Shown here in pieces: positions 1-10,670 of a DNA stretch of 64,000 bases; positions within the stretch are counted from its first letter, which is position 1, and each line of letters starts with the position of its first letter. The translations under genes and the position numbers were made by a program. The DNA comes from Balanoglossus misakiensis (lineage: Eukaryota > Animalia > Hemichordata): assembly GCA_040954595.2 (NCBI GenBank), contig CM082580.2:1-64000 (forward strand), given 5' to 3'. Below the pieces are notes generated by a model that made no database searches, was not told the DNA's origin, and saw only the letters and a list, made by a program, of their open reading frames with translations.

Positions 1-19
1 GACTCCTATCAGTGGGGAT

Positions 20-640
20 AGACATATATTTGGGATACAGAGGTTGCACTTCCTTGCTTCATGATTAGTACGGTAACACTGCCAAATTTGCAACACAGTT
101 GTATTGTTAAAGGTACCCATATGAATGTGCTAATCCTGAAAATACGATATTGCGCATCATTTTGGGAAACATGGCAAAATTTCACTTTTAGTGGTGATTG
201 GCGGCCATTTTTGATTATGCAAAATAGAAAAGTTGCCAAACACTGCCATATTTGCAATACATAACCAATATGGATGCAAATCCTGAAATTTTAGATATTA
301 CACATAATTTTGAGAAAAAAGGGCCAAGTTTTATTTTAGAGAAGGTATTTGGCGGCCATTTTTGATCATGCATATTAGAAGAATTGTCCAACATTGCCAT
401 TTTGGCAACTCAGCTGGAATAGGTCTAGGCTCCCATATGAATGCCAATAAGCAAAAAACTTCATAGGAAAGAAAATTTCTTGGTAGGAAAATTTTGACTC
501 AACTTCTGGTTCTAATAATAGGTGTAAGGATGTGATCGTTTGATTTTGCAACATTTTACAATTTCAAGCTGTGTGTATTTAACTCTGGTGCAATTCTGGT
601 TGGAGAGACAAATGGCTTAAGCCATTTAATTGAAAATATA
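20..640. repeat. Diverged interspersed repeat related to the 160-bp array (37975-38850) and to the 39.0-39.8/50.8-51.6/59.5-60.4 kb family
   Basis: GGCGGCCATTTT..GATTATGCAAA motifs at ~200 and ~350 match the units at 38130-38630; CTGGTTCTAATAATAG at 506 matches 51218. Confidence 0.6.
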
Positions 641-885
641 GCACAACTTCACCAGGGTTGTGCAGTACCTTTGACAACGCTTTGAACAATGTTGCAAAAA
701 GCTTTGTGTTGAAGCTTGCTACAAGACTTGGCGTGCTGAAGCCTCTTATACTAGTCTTAGTTGAACCTCAGCTGTAACTACGTTTGTGAAACCTTAACAT
801 TCAAATCTTTGGCCTAAGTTAGGGTTGCAAAGCTTCTTCAAAGTTTTGTGAACCTCAACAATGCTTTTCTATAGAAACCTTTAAA

Positions 886-2320
886 CATGCGGGGGGGGGG
901 GGACACCAACATCGTAGTCAGTGAGGTCATCTATGGTGGTGGGCGCGTCTTCCACTCGGCACTCCTCCGCGCACGCTTGGGGGATAAAAAATGCATCAAA
1001 ACCCCCTGGCGCGTCCTCGCTCCCCCTGCGTCGATGGATTCTGTGCGACTGCTTCCGCCCCCGTCCTCTCTGGTTGCTGTGTCCGGATTGATGATGTTTT
1101 CCGGTGAGGTCGGATTTCCCGGAATTCTTCCTGTCGTGATTGGGATACCCACCTCAGCAGTATGCTAAGGACACGCCAGTGGATGAGAATCGCTGGTGTG
1201 GTGGGGGAGCTCAGTCGGAACATGTTCGGCACCTCCCACCCCTGGAAGACGCACAGGCGCTTCATCATCACCATGGACTCCGGTGAACAAAAGGATTCCG
1301 TAGGGATCCGTCCAGGTCCGCCCCTGCGGATATAGAAGTCTAGCAGGTCGGGTATTTCATTTCCTGGACCACACAGCCAGTATAGGTGAGTTTCTCTAAC
1401 ACCTCCACCGCGTCCCGCTCGCGGAATACTACCGGCTTCTCAGTAAAAATAACTGGAAGGTGGCACTGAAAGGCGTGTTTCTTCAGTTTGCGCGTGGACC
1501 TCCGGCCTCCCGGGAACGGACATGGAGAAGGGCCTGATGAGTAATGTGGAACAGAGGATAGGGGGCTCCTTCGGGCCGGCCTGGCGCTCCTCCAGCGGCG
1601 TTCGTCTTCTTTGGGTGGTTCCGGCGTCGGATACCGGATCGGTGATCGACGTCTGGGGCTGAGATCTCCCCAGCGTGAAAAGGATGGTCGTTCACGGGAA
1701 GGTGGGCGGTCCCGCCTTTCCTCTCGAGAACGCTCCGGTCGCGGCGACCGGGTTGGGGATCTAGACCTAGTATGGCTGCCGGGGTGGCGTCGAAGTTCCC
1801 AGGGGATTAGATATTCCCCCGCCTCCAACGTCGCTTCCAGCTCCAATGGGTTGATCAGTGACTGCAGCGGCAGCATTTCTTGGCGTGGGGGTGATGGCTC
1901 CTGCAGCAGCCGTTGGTTTCCCCCGTCTCTCGCTACTGCTATTGGGGGTGATACACGGGTGCGGGGTGGGTCTGGCCCTTCCAACACCTCCATCGCCTGG
2001 TCCTTGTCGCCACCGAGTACCTGTTTTTCCAGCTGCGGATCCCAGAAGATGCTCAAAGTTTCCTCCAGGTCGTCAGCTGCGGTGGTGGTTCTTGTGGGCT
2101 CTTGCGGGGAGATATGGCCAACGAATCCCCCACGTACGCGGCCTGGATTGAACTCCCGAGGTAGTGTGCAGGTTTTTATGGCTGCGTCGGATGGTACGGG
2201 CAGGTTGGCTTCGGTCTTTTCCTTCCCGTATACATGCATGGCCTCCTCCCGTACCGTGGACATCCATCCTATGTCGCCTAGAACCGTGGCTACTTGACAG
2301 TTCTCACGGAGCATCAGGAA
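886..2320 (-). mobile_element. GC-rich degenerate retroelement-like coding fragment (frameshifted; C2H2-like motif, LIHWRVL motif, possible TatD-like start)
   Basis: Sharp GC rise against AT-rich flanks. Minus-strand reading across frameshifts: CPFPGGRRSTRKLKKHAFQCHLP ... DLLDFYIRRGGPGRIPTESFCSPESMVMMKRLCVFQGWEVPNMFRLSSPTTPAILIHWRVLSILLRW. The family assignment is recalled, not searched. Confidence 0.45.
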
Positions 2321-2338
2321 CAGTATTTTATGTCTCAC

Positions 2339-2545
2339 CTCCACTTCAGTTGTCGCTGTTGTATTTAATGTGGACGATGTTTTATATCTGTTGATAACCA
2401 ATGGGCCTAGTTTAACTGTGGCACCTACATCCAGTGGCAGCGCTGTTTTCTCACCCCAAAGGTTGACTTCAGCATCTCTTGTGCCATCAGTTATGGTCAG
2501 TTTACGTCTCTTTGTAGAATTCGATGTATGTGTCACTGATTCATA
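2339..2545 (-). CDS. OB-fold gene, coding exon C (copy 1): YESVTHTSNSTKRRKLTITDGTRDAEVNLWGEKTALPLDVGATVKLGPLVINRYKTSSTLNTTATTEVE
   Basis: Acceptor ccactacag| and donor |gtgaga; 207 bp, phase 0-0; RPA-like OB pattern I.D.T....v.LWG...G..v.l...v..Y...LNT. Confidence 0.7.
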
Positions 2546-2962
2546 CTGTAGTGGAAATAAAATGGAAAACATTGAATGTTAATAATTACGAGTAGTAAAT
2601 GTTGTGGAGAAATAGTGCAAGAGTGGTTGTTTTTTGTCAGTTGCTTTTTAAAATTTGAACTGCAAAATGATGAATCGATGGCAGTAATTTTGACCCGAGG
2701 TGAGTTGACAAGGCATGGTTGTATCATATAAATGGATTTTCAATGTACGTGATCGCATGGAGGCTGCCATATTGGATTACATCCGAAGACCTTCCCATTG
2801 GGCTTCGGTTGAATTCGGGAAAGGTCTCTAAAATGTAATGGGTCATTCAATTTTGTAGAGTAAATTTCTAAAAATGTAGAAGATGGGAGGTTAAGATACC
2901 CAAAATGACTACGGCAAAAAAAAAGTCAGGCCCATAAGTTTCGGGGTGCGATTATAACGTAC

Positions 2963-3232
2963 CTTTGCTCTATCATAGAGGCAAATGGTATTATCTCTTC
3001 CAGAGGAAAAGTTGCGGAGCTGTACGTATTCTCCCTTCTGTAATCTGTTCAGCCACTTCGGATTTTCTTTCCAGAATTTAAGTTCCAGAACGTTGCCATC
3101 CTGCTGCATACAAGGCACGCTAAACAGTTTCCCGTTGGCGGAATTCCGGATCTCGACATCCTCCATGAGGCGCAATTTCAGTGCCACGCCTTGGCTGGTT
3201 GGGGATGAGGGACCGGGAGCCGGGGATGCCAT
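2963..3232 (-). CDS. OB-fold gene, first coding exon A (copy 1, intact): MASPAPG...LELKFWKE...LQKGEYVQLRNF...DRAK
   Basis: Acceptor tatttcag| at 3246, ATG at 3232, donor |gtacgt at 2962; 270 bp open frame. Confidence 0.65.
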
Positions 3233-3234
3233 AA

Positions 3235-5634
3235 CGCCGTTAAACCTGAAATATAGATTGAGAGTGGGTATTGTTTTACACAATTTTTGAACATTGAAGT
3301 AAAGTATTAGAATGATGGAGTCCGATAAAAAAGTGAGTTGGTGATTGCGGCATCCGACTTCGTTATTAAAAATGGAAAGATTTGCGATTTGAGATTCGGT
3401 TACCATTTGCAAGTTTGAAAGGAAATATTTCATTGAAGCACAGTGGCAACTACTGGGTTATGGAGAATCTTTGAAATGTTGTTGAACGGAGACTTATTAG
3501 AATCAATGAAAACCTACCTTTAACGGCGTTACGGTTACTAAACGTGAGAGACCGCTTGTCTCGTTCATCCGATTCTGAGCTCCTAGCTCTTGTGGAGACA
3601 TGCGGAGGTACAGCGGGTTAACGGTTAGAAAGTGTTGATGAAAGAAATAAGTTTATAGGCCAATCAGGAGTTAGATTCGAATGTCCGAAAATGAGAAACC
3701 GTAGGCGAACGCAACAGACAGCAATTTAAATTTGCATAACTAGAGGTTTGGGTGGAAAGATTTCAGAATTTAACGCACATATACAGATATTTTGTAGTGG
3801 AAATTTGAGTATATTATAAATAGTACATGTAATAAGACTGTGAATTGATTTTATTTACTGACAATTAAATGAAGTTACCCTTTGAGTATGGGTGTTTATC
3901 GAGGGGGGGGGGTCCAAAAAAATGTTAGAAACTGTTGAAGATGAAACCGGAAAGATGTAGCAAATTCGTTAGTTTTCCCTTTTTTGGAAATTATGCTCGA
4001 AGCGTGTGATTGGTCAATTAGTCAGAAGGGGATTGGTTGGAAATAGTCGAATATGATTGGGCAATAAGTTCGAAGCTGAAATCCCTCAGGCTGTATAAAT
4101 ACGGTGTTTGTGGCGTGTACTAATGGAGTATGGCTGGGGTGTGTTGTGTCGAGCAGTCTAGTATATCATTTGTGGGGCATTGAATATTTAGAACAAAGTT
4201 CTCTATGTCGGACTTCCTAACATATACTCGATCGTTGATAACAAAACGAGCAGATATTTTTGTGCAAATAGTGTGCGCAAAACAACAACTAAACATGAAG
4301 ACAACAAGATAGTACTGCGTGCGGTGCGACTCGGTTGTAAGCGTCAAGTCAAAAACTGCAAAGACATGCAACAGGTGTAAATATAGTCGACTGAAATGCT
4401 GAAAAACCATGAATATCGATTGGCTCAAAGTGATGGGAATCGGCTCAACTTACCGGAGGGAATTGGTACATTATATAACGAGTAAACTAGAACGAAAGAA
4501 ATCCCAGCGTGAACACTGGAAATTGTTCATAAATTAATATTTATACATGTATGTGTATATTGCGTAACCTTCGAAAATTCGAATATCATTAGCACTTGGC
4601 CTAAAAAGTTGTGCATTGCGAGTGGGACACTGGGCAATTATTTTTATGGGCCGCCATCGCTATGCAGTTTAGATGTAGTATTTTACTCAACTTTTACCGG
4701 CAAGTGAGTGATTTGCTTTCAGAAGGTAATGAGACGGAAATAAACTTATGCAATCAGAGTTAATTATTCGTGAGGATACAAACTTTTGTACTAGATTTAT
4801 TGTAATTTTTCAGTGTATACTCCTGGCCTTCGCAGGACTTTCATTTTTTACCCGGTTTGTGTGTTTTCGGGTTACCCATGGGCATTCTCTACCTGTTTTA
4901 AAACTCTGAACAAGAAGATGTCACGTGTATCATTTTATGTACGACGTACATCATTATAATAATGCTATAGTGAAGTTTTTAAAAAGGAAATATTTTTTTA
5001 GTGTTATTTTCTTCGTTTTTTATATGACTGAAATATGGTTGTGCTTGATGGAAAAACCGGATTCAACCTTAGCTTAATATATGCATTATCGTTCGCAACT
5101 GACGTCATATAATGTAGCAATTTCCCTCCGGTTAAATTGAACCAATCGGCATTCCCGTTTTTCCACCATTTCACTCGAATATCTAACTCCAGGATCCTGA
5201 TTGGCCTATGTAATTAATCATTCCTTTCATCAACACTTCCTAACCGTTAACCCGCTGTACCTCCGCATGTCTCCACAAGAGCTAGGAGCTCAGAATCGGT
5301 CGGACGCAGACCAGCGGTCTGTCAGGTGTAGTAACCCTAACACCGTTAAAGGTAGGTTTTTATTTATTCTATTATAAGTCTCCGTTCATCAACATTTCAA
5401 AGATTCTCAATAATGCAGTAGTTGCCACTGTACTTCAATGAAATATTTCCTTTCAAACTTGCAAATACTACTTGAACCGAATCGCAAACCTTTCCATTTT
5501 TAATAACGAAGTCGGATGCCGAAATTACCAACTCACTTTTTTTATCGGATTCCATCATTCTAATACTTTACTTCAATGTTCAAAAATTGTGTAAAACAAT
5601 ATCCACTTTCAATCTATATTTCAGGTTTAACGGC
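3235..5634. repeat. Inverted repeat, arms ~3235-3690 and ~5175-5634 (5' UTR exon plus intron 1 of the OB-fold gene, head-to-head)
   Basis: 3590-3620 TGTGGAGACATGCGGAGGTACAGCGGGTTAAC is the reverse complement of 5246-5277; a short inner IR lies at 4441-4477/5107-5143. Confidence 0.85.
4008..4100 (+). promoter_or_regulatory. Putative Pol II promoter-like cluster: three GATTGG (reverse CCAAT) boxes at 23-24 bp spacing, then TATAAAT
   Basis: GATTGG at 4008, 4031 and 4055; TATAAAT at 4094. Motif evidence only. Confidence 0.3.
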
Positions 5635-5662
5635 TATTTGTGCAACATTTGACAGTACTCAC

Positions 5663-5803
5663 ATCATGGACTTTTCCTACAACGCACACCCTCTTCTTCT
5701 GTGGAGATATCTCGACTTCTGATATCATTATTTGTGGCGGATGATAAAATTCTGTTACCAATTTTTCAGGTATATCCATCGCTTTTCGCCCGCAAGGTAT
5801 GAT
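5663..5803 (-). CDS. OB-fold gene, coding exon B (present only in copy 2): IIPCGRKAMDIPEKLVTEFYHPPQIMISEVEISPQKKRVCVVGKVHD
   Basis: Acceptor ttttttccag| and donor |gtgagt; 141 bp, no stop, phase 0-0; follows exon A plus intron on the same strand and supplies the first OB strand (RVCVVGKV) for exon C. Confidence 0.7.
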
Positions 5804-6231
5804 CTGGAAAAAAGTTTGGCGTAGTCTGTAAGTTGTGTGACTGAATCCGTAAAGGTGGCATTTGGAGGAAAAATTTTGAGCATTTTTATCAGTAATCTAG
5901 TTTGTTTAAAATATTGGAACGCGATCAAAAATAAATGCGACTTGTAAACGAGTGCCGCGTTTGAATCGGTATTGACGATAAACATCGGTAATCGGCGATG
6001 AAATCAATGGATTTTCAATGTACGTGATCGCATGGAGGCTGCCATATTGGATTACATCCGAAGACCTTCCGATTAGGCGTCGGTTGAATTCGGGAAAGGT
6101 GTTTAAAATGTAATGGGTCATTCAATTTTGTAGAGTAAATTTCTAAAAATGTAGAAGATGGGAGGTTAAGATACCCGAAATGACTACGGCAAAAAAAAGG
6201 CCCATAAGTTTCGGGGTGCGATTATAACATA

Positions 6232-6470
6232 CCTTTGCTCTATCATAGAGGCAAATGGTATTATATCTTCCAGTGGAAAAGTTGCGGAGCTGTATGTATT
6301 CTCTCTTCTGTTATCTGTTCAGCTATTTCGGATTTTCTTTCCAGAATTTAAGTTCCAGAACGTTGCCATCCTGCTGCATACAAGGCACGCTAAACAGTTT
6401 GCCGTTGGCTGAATTCCGGATCTAGACTGTATCCTCAATGAGGCACAATTTCACTGCCACGCCTTGGCTG
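6232..6470 (-). pseudogene. OB-fold exon A body, copy 2 (inverted relative to its own 5' exon, degraded)
   Basis: Direct copy of 2963-3198 with substitutions and small indels. Confidence 0.7.
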
Positions 6471-6944
6471 CATGGTTGCAGATGATGGAGCTAAGGTACG
6501 TAACAATCGCACCCCGAAACGCCTGGGCCCTGTAGTCCTTGTGGGTATGTTAACCTCCCATGTCCTACATTTTTAGAAATTTAGTATACAAAATTGGATG
6601 ACCAATTATGTTTTAGAGACCTTTCCCGAATCCACCTGAAGCCCAGTCGGAATGTCTTGGGATGTAACCTAAATTCAATATGGCCGCCTCCATGCGTTCA
6701 CTTGCATTATAAAAAAAAACGTTGATTTTATCTCCGAGTGGCGGTGTTTATCGTCAGTGCCAATTGAAACGCGGCACTCGCTTACAGGTCGCATTTTTCT
6801 TTTTGAGCGCGTTCTAATATTCTAGAAAGAAAAAAAATGATAGTTTCGAGTACAGATTACATGTATTTTAAAACAAGGTTTGGTCACAATGGTATCACTA
6901 CTAAATGATTTACAATCGATGTTTTTAATTGTCTTTGCACCACA

Positions 6945-7359
6945 GTATGAATCCTGTGATGGTAAATCGCATTCAACTTAGAAGGCGTGGAGTAAGTGCA
7001 ACTGATGGTAACTGGGATACCAAACTGAAACTTTTGGGAGAGAAAACCTTGCCATGCATGGACGTGGGTGGCACAGTTAAACTTGGGTTAAATACTACAG
7101 CGACAACTGAAGTCCCGGTGAGATATTATAAAATACTCTTACATCATAAAATTGAAATCCTACATGTCAATAATATTTTCACTAATGTTTAGCAAAAAAC
7201 AACTGCTCTCAACAAACCTTACCCCTCCCCCTCTTGTATTGTCAGTGCTTTGTAATCTATCAGTAACAATCCATTTTTTTCTCTCAAGGTGTTAAAAGAA
7301 CCTATAGCTACTGGTGATGACATGATACCGTCCATGGGGTGTTGGAGGTAATACACTTT
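6945..7359 (+). pseudogene. OB-fold exons C (internally deleted) and D, copy 2
   Basis: cacag|TATGAATCC..GATGGTAACTGGGATACC..LLGEKTLPCMDVGGTVKLG-LNTTATTEV|gtgaga; caag|GTGTTAAAAGAACC at 7289. Confidence 0.65.
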
Positions 7360-7371
7360 GTAAGTATTAAC

Positions 7372-8357
7372 CAGTCAGGACGTAAGTGGGGTAATTACGG
7401 CGGTGAGATCAAAGAGATCTATTTGAATGTGAAAGTCGCTGAGTGGCAGTTACGGCCAGTTCGAAAAATTTTCAAACGGAGATTTTCGGTACTACAAGTG
7501 ATCGTAGTGCACCCATTTTTCTAAGACGTGTATGAAACACCATAGTCAATGATAGGATGATTTTTCGTGAAGTTTTAACGACGCTTTCCCGAGAAAGACA
7601 GTTTCGGTATGTTGGTTTAAATTGTGGTCCTTGACTCTCGGCAAAGATTTCTTGTCTTGAAAAAAATTGGGTAGGTTAGGAAGATATTGAACTAAGTTAC
7701 CGTGAAATTATAATAGTGTGAGCCGCTCCGTTGTGGAGTAATGACGGTGTAAAAATTGCCTTCGCCATCGACGAGTACAGCCGTGTTTGCCATATGTGTA
7801 TGCATTGAAGTAGGTCAAAGCATGTTAACCCATGACGTAATGGCTTCCTTTTCAACGCGTCGTTATCTCTCATTAGCATATTACATACGGAGTCTATACA
7901 CTATTCACGCTGACTGACTTCTCAGGACTGACCTATGGCACAGTAAATTGTGGTCCTTGACTCTCGGCATGGATATATTCATGTCAAAATTATGAATAGA
8001 GGAGTTTAATAATGTTTCTAAAACCTGAGGGGGTTAATTTTTGTGTGGGTATGGCTGATATTTTTTTTTTGTAACTTCAAGGTCACTTTGAATTTCGTGA
8101 TCACAATTTTGTCAGTGGAAGTAAAGAAATTCTTCTCGATAAAACTTCATGAAAAATCACATGTAGTACACTCATAGTACCAGTAATGTGCCTGGGGTGA
8201 AATAATTGTCAGAAATGGGTTGCTAGTTGCTTAACTTTCGTTGTGAAAAAAGTTGAAAAACTGTATGCAAATGAGCAATTCAAACGTTACTGGCCAGTTC
8301 AAGTGTTTGCATTGCATGATCCCCTGCTGTTTAATTATCCCACTTACGTCCTGACTG
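7372..8357. mobile_element. 986-bp non-autonomous TIR element with 4-bp TSD TAAC
   Basis: TIR CAGTCAGGACGTAAGTGGG...CCCACTTACGTCCTGACTG; TAAC at 7368-7371 and 8358-8361; empty site TATTAACTGCAG at ~16918. Confidence 0.85.
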
Positions 8358-8764
8358 TAACTGCAGTAGTTGCTTACATCAGACTCCCACTATCTGCATG
8401 CAAGTTGTGGATGGATTTGCAGAGAGAGAGGCTAGTACACGGCACTCATGTGGACCTGCACTACCACATTTCTATTCAACATCAGGTCTCTGAGTAAAAA
8501 GATGGCCATGTAAATTTTCTCTAAGTTTGTTAGAGAAATAAAGTACAACTTTAGTGTTTCACTAATTGAGTTTCAGTGTTCTTGTATTGTCTCGTTTGCC
8601 CCATGCCAACCTCAAAGTAAACGTCAAATTTGCCATTTTTGACTTATTTGTCCTTGTAGTGGGCCACATAGCATTTTAATGCAACTTATAAAAATCTGAA
8701 GAACCAAATGCCTAATTTACCCACTCTGCACAGATTGATTTCAATGGTACAGACTTGATGATCA

Positions 8765-10445
8765 GTATAGCGCCCTCTGTGGTAGTATTTGGGGGGGGGG
8801 GGGGGTTAACCTAGCCTTTGTATGTTTATCCCTGTCCGGTTCCATTCCACTTGTATCTATGGTAACCTAATTATCAGCAGTAAAGGCCACAGCTTTGAAA
8901 CAGTTTTAATATCAAGCACTCTGAATTACACGGCCATTCTCATTGGTGCATATAGTGTAGTCACGTTGTATTTTACTGCAACTGGTGAAAGTCTCCTAAA
9001 AAACCAAATGTGTCTTTACCCACTGTGCACAGAGTATTTGAATGATACTCAGTTGATGGTCATATAGTATAGCGCCCTCTGTGGTAGTATTTTTATTATG
9101 GAGGTTGGGTTAAATCTTGTCTTCGCATATGTTTATCCCTGTCATGTTGCATTGGGCTTGTATCTATGGTAACCTAATTATCAGCAGTAAAGGCCACAAC
9201 TATGAAACAGTTTTAATATCAAGCACTCTCTGAATTACATGGCCATTCTCATTGGTGTATATAGTGTAGTCACGTTGTATTTTACTACAACTGATGAAAG
9301 TCTCCTAAAAAACCAAATGTGTCTTTACCCACTGTGCACAGAGTATTTGAATGATACTCAGTTGATGGTCATATAGTATAGCGCCCTCTGTGGTAGTATT
9401 TTGATTATGGAGGTTGGGTTAAATCTTGTCTTTGCATATGTTTATCCCTGTCATGTTGCATTGGGCTTGTATCTATGGTAACCTAATTATCAGCAGTAAA
9501 GGCCACAACTATGAAACAGTTTTAATATCAAGCACTCTCTGAATTACATGGCCATTCTCATTGGTGTATATAGTGTAGTCACGTTGTATTTTATTACAAC
9601 TGATGAAAGTCTCCTAAAAAACCAAATGTGTCTTTACCCACTGTGCACAGAGTATTTGAATGATACTCAGTTGATGGTCATATAGTATAGCGCCCTCTGT
9701 GGTAGTATTTTGATTATGGAGGTGGGGTTTAATCTTGTCTTTGCATATGTTTATCCCTGTCATGTTGCATTGGGCTTGTATCTATGGTAACCTAATTATC
9801 AGCAGTAAAGGCCACAACTATGAAACAGTTTTAATATCAAGCACTCTCTGAATTACATGGCCATTCTCATTGGTGTATATAGTGTAGTCACGTTGTATTT
9901 TACTGCAACTGATGAAAGTCTCCTAAAAAAACAAATAAGTCTTTACCCACTGTGCACAGAGTATTTGAATGATACTCAGTTGATGGTCATATAGTATAGC
10001 GCCCTCTGTGGTAGTATTTTGATTATGGAGGTGGGGTTTAATCTTGTCTTTGCATATGTTTATCCCTGTCATGTTGCATTGGGCTTGTATCTATGGTATA
10101 CTAATTATCAGCAGTAAAGGCCACAACTATGAAACAGTTTTAATATCAAGCACTCTCTGAATTACATGGCCATTCTCATTGGTGTATATAGTGTAGTCAC
10201 GTTGTATTTTACTACAACTGATGAAAGTCTCCTAAAAAACCAAATGTGTGTTTACCCACTGTGCACAGAGTATTTGAATGATACTCAGTTGATGGTCATA
10301 TAGTATAGCACCCTCTGTGGTAGTATTTGGATGATTGGGGAAGGGGTAACCTACCTTTTCTATACATGTATATGGTTATCCCTCTTCTATTGCATTCCGC
10401 TTGTATCTATGGAAACCTAATTATCAGCAGTGAATGCCAAATTGT
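8765..10445 (+). repeat. 309-bp tandem array, ~5.4 copies
   Basis: TAGCGCCCTCTGTGGTAGTATTT recurs at 8768, 9070, 9379, 9688, 9997 and 10306 (variant); the inner units are nearly identical. Confidence 0.95.
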
Positions 10446-10597
10446 AAAACAGCAACATATTTATTATCAAACACTGTATGGAATTGAATATACACAATAT
10501 GTTTTGTGTGTTTGCTGGCTACATACATGCATAAATACGTACATACATATATTACACTCATACTCAAGCACACAGCTAATGGACTCTTTTTTTCATC

Positions 10598-10670
10598 ATC
10601 CCCACCAGTTATCGAACCTGGATCTCTTATCACAAAGTGACAAGTGTGTTAACCATTACACCATGAGGAT
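10598..10670 (-). pseudogene. tRNA-derived sequence (SINE-like head), copy 1
   Basis: Reverse complement of 15068-15140, with A box TGGTGTAATGG and a degenerate B box. Confidence 0.7.

Noticed and set aside
1611-2297. 228-aa plus-strand ORF
   Set aside because: Antisense shadow of GC-rich coding sequence; no recognisable motif.
1340-2572. 410-aa ORF as one gene
   Set aside because: It is a chimera of a spliced OB exon, an intron start and a GC-rich insert.
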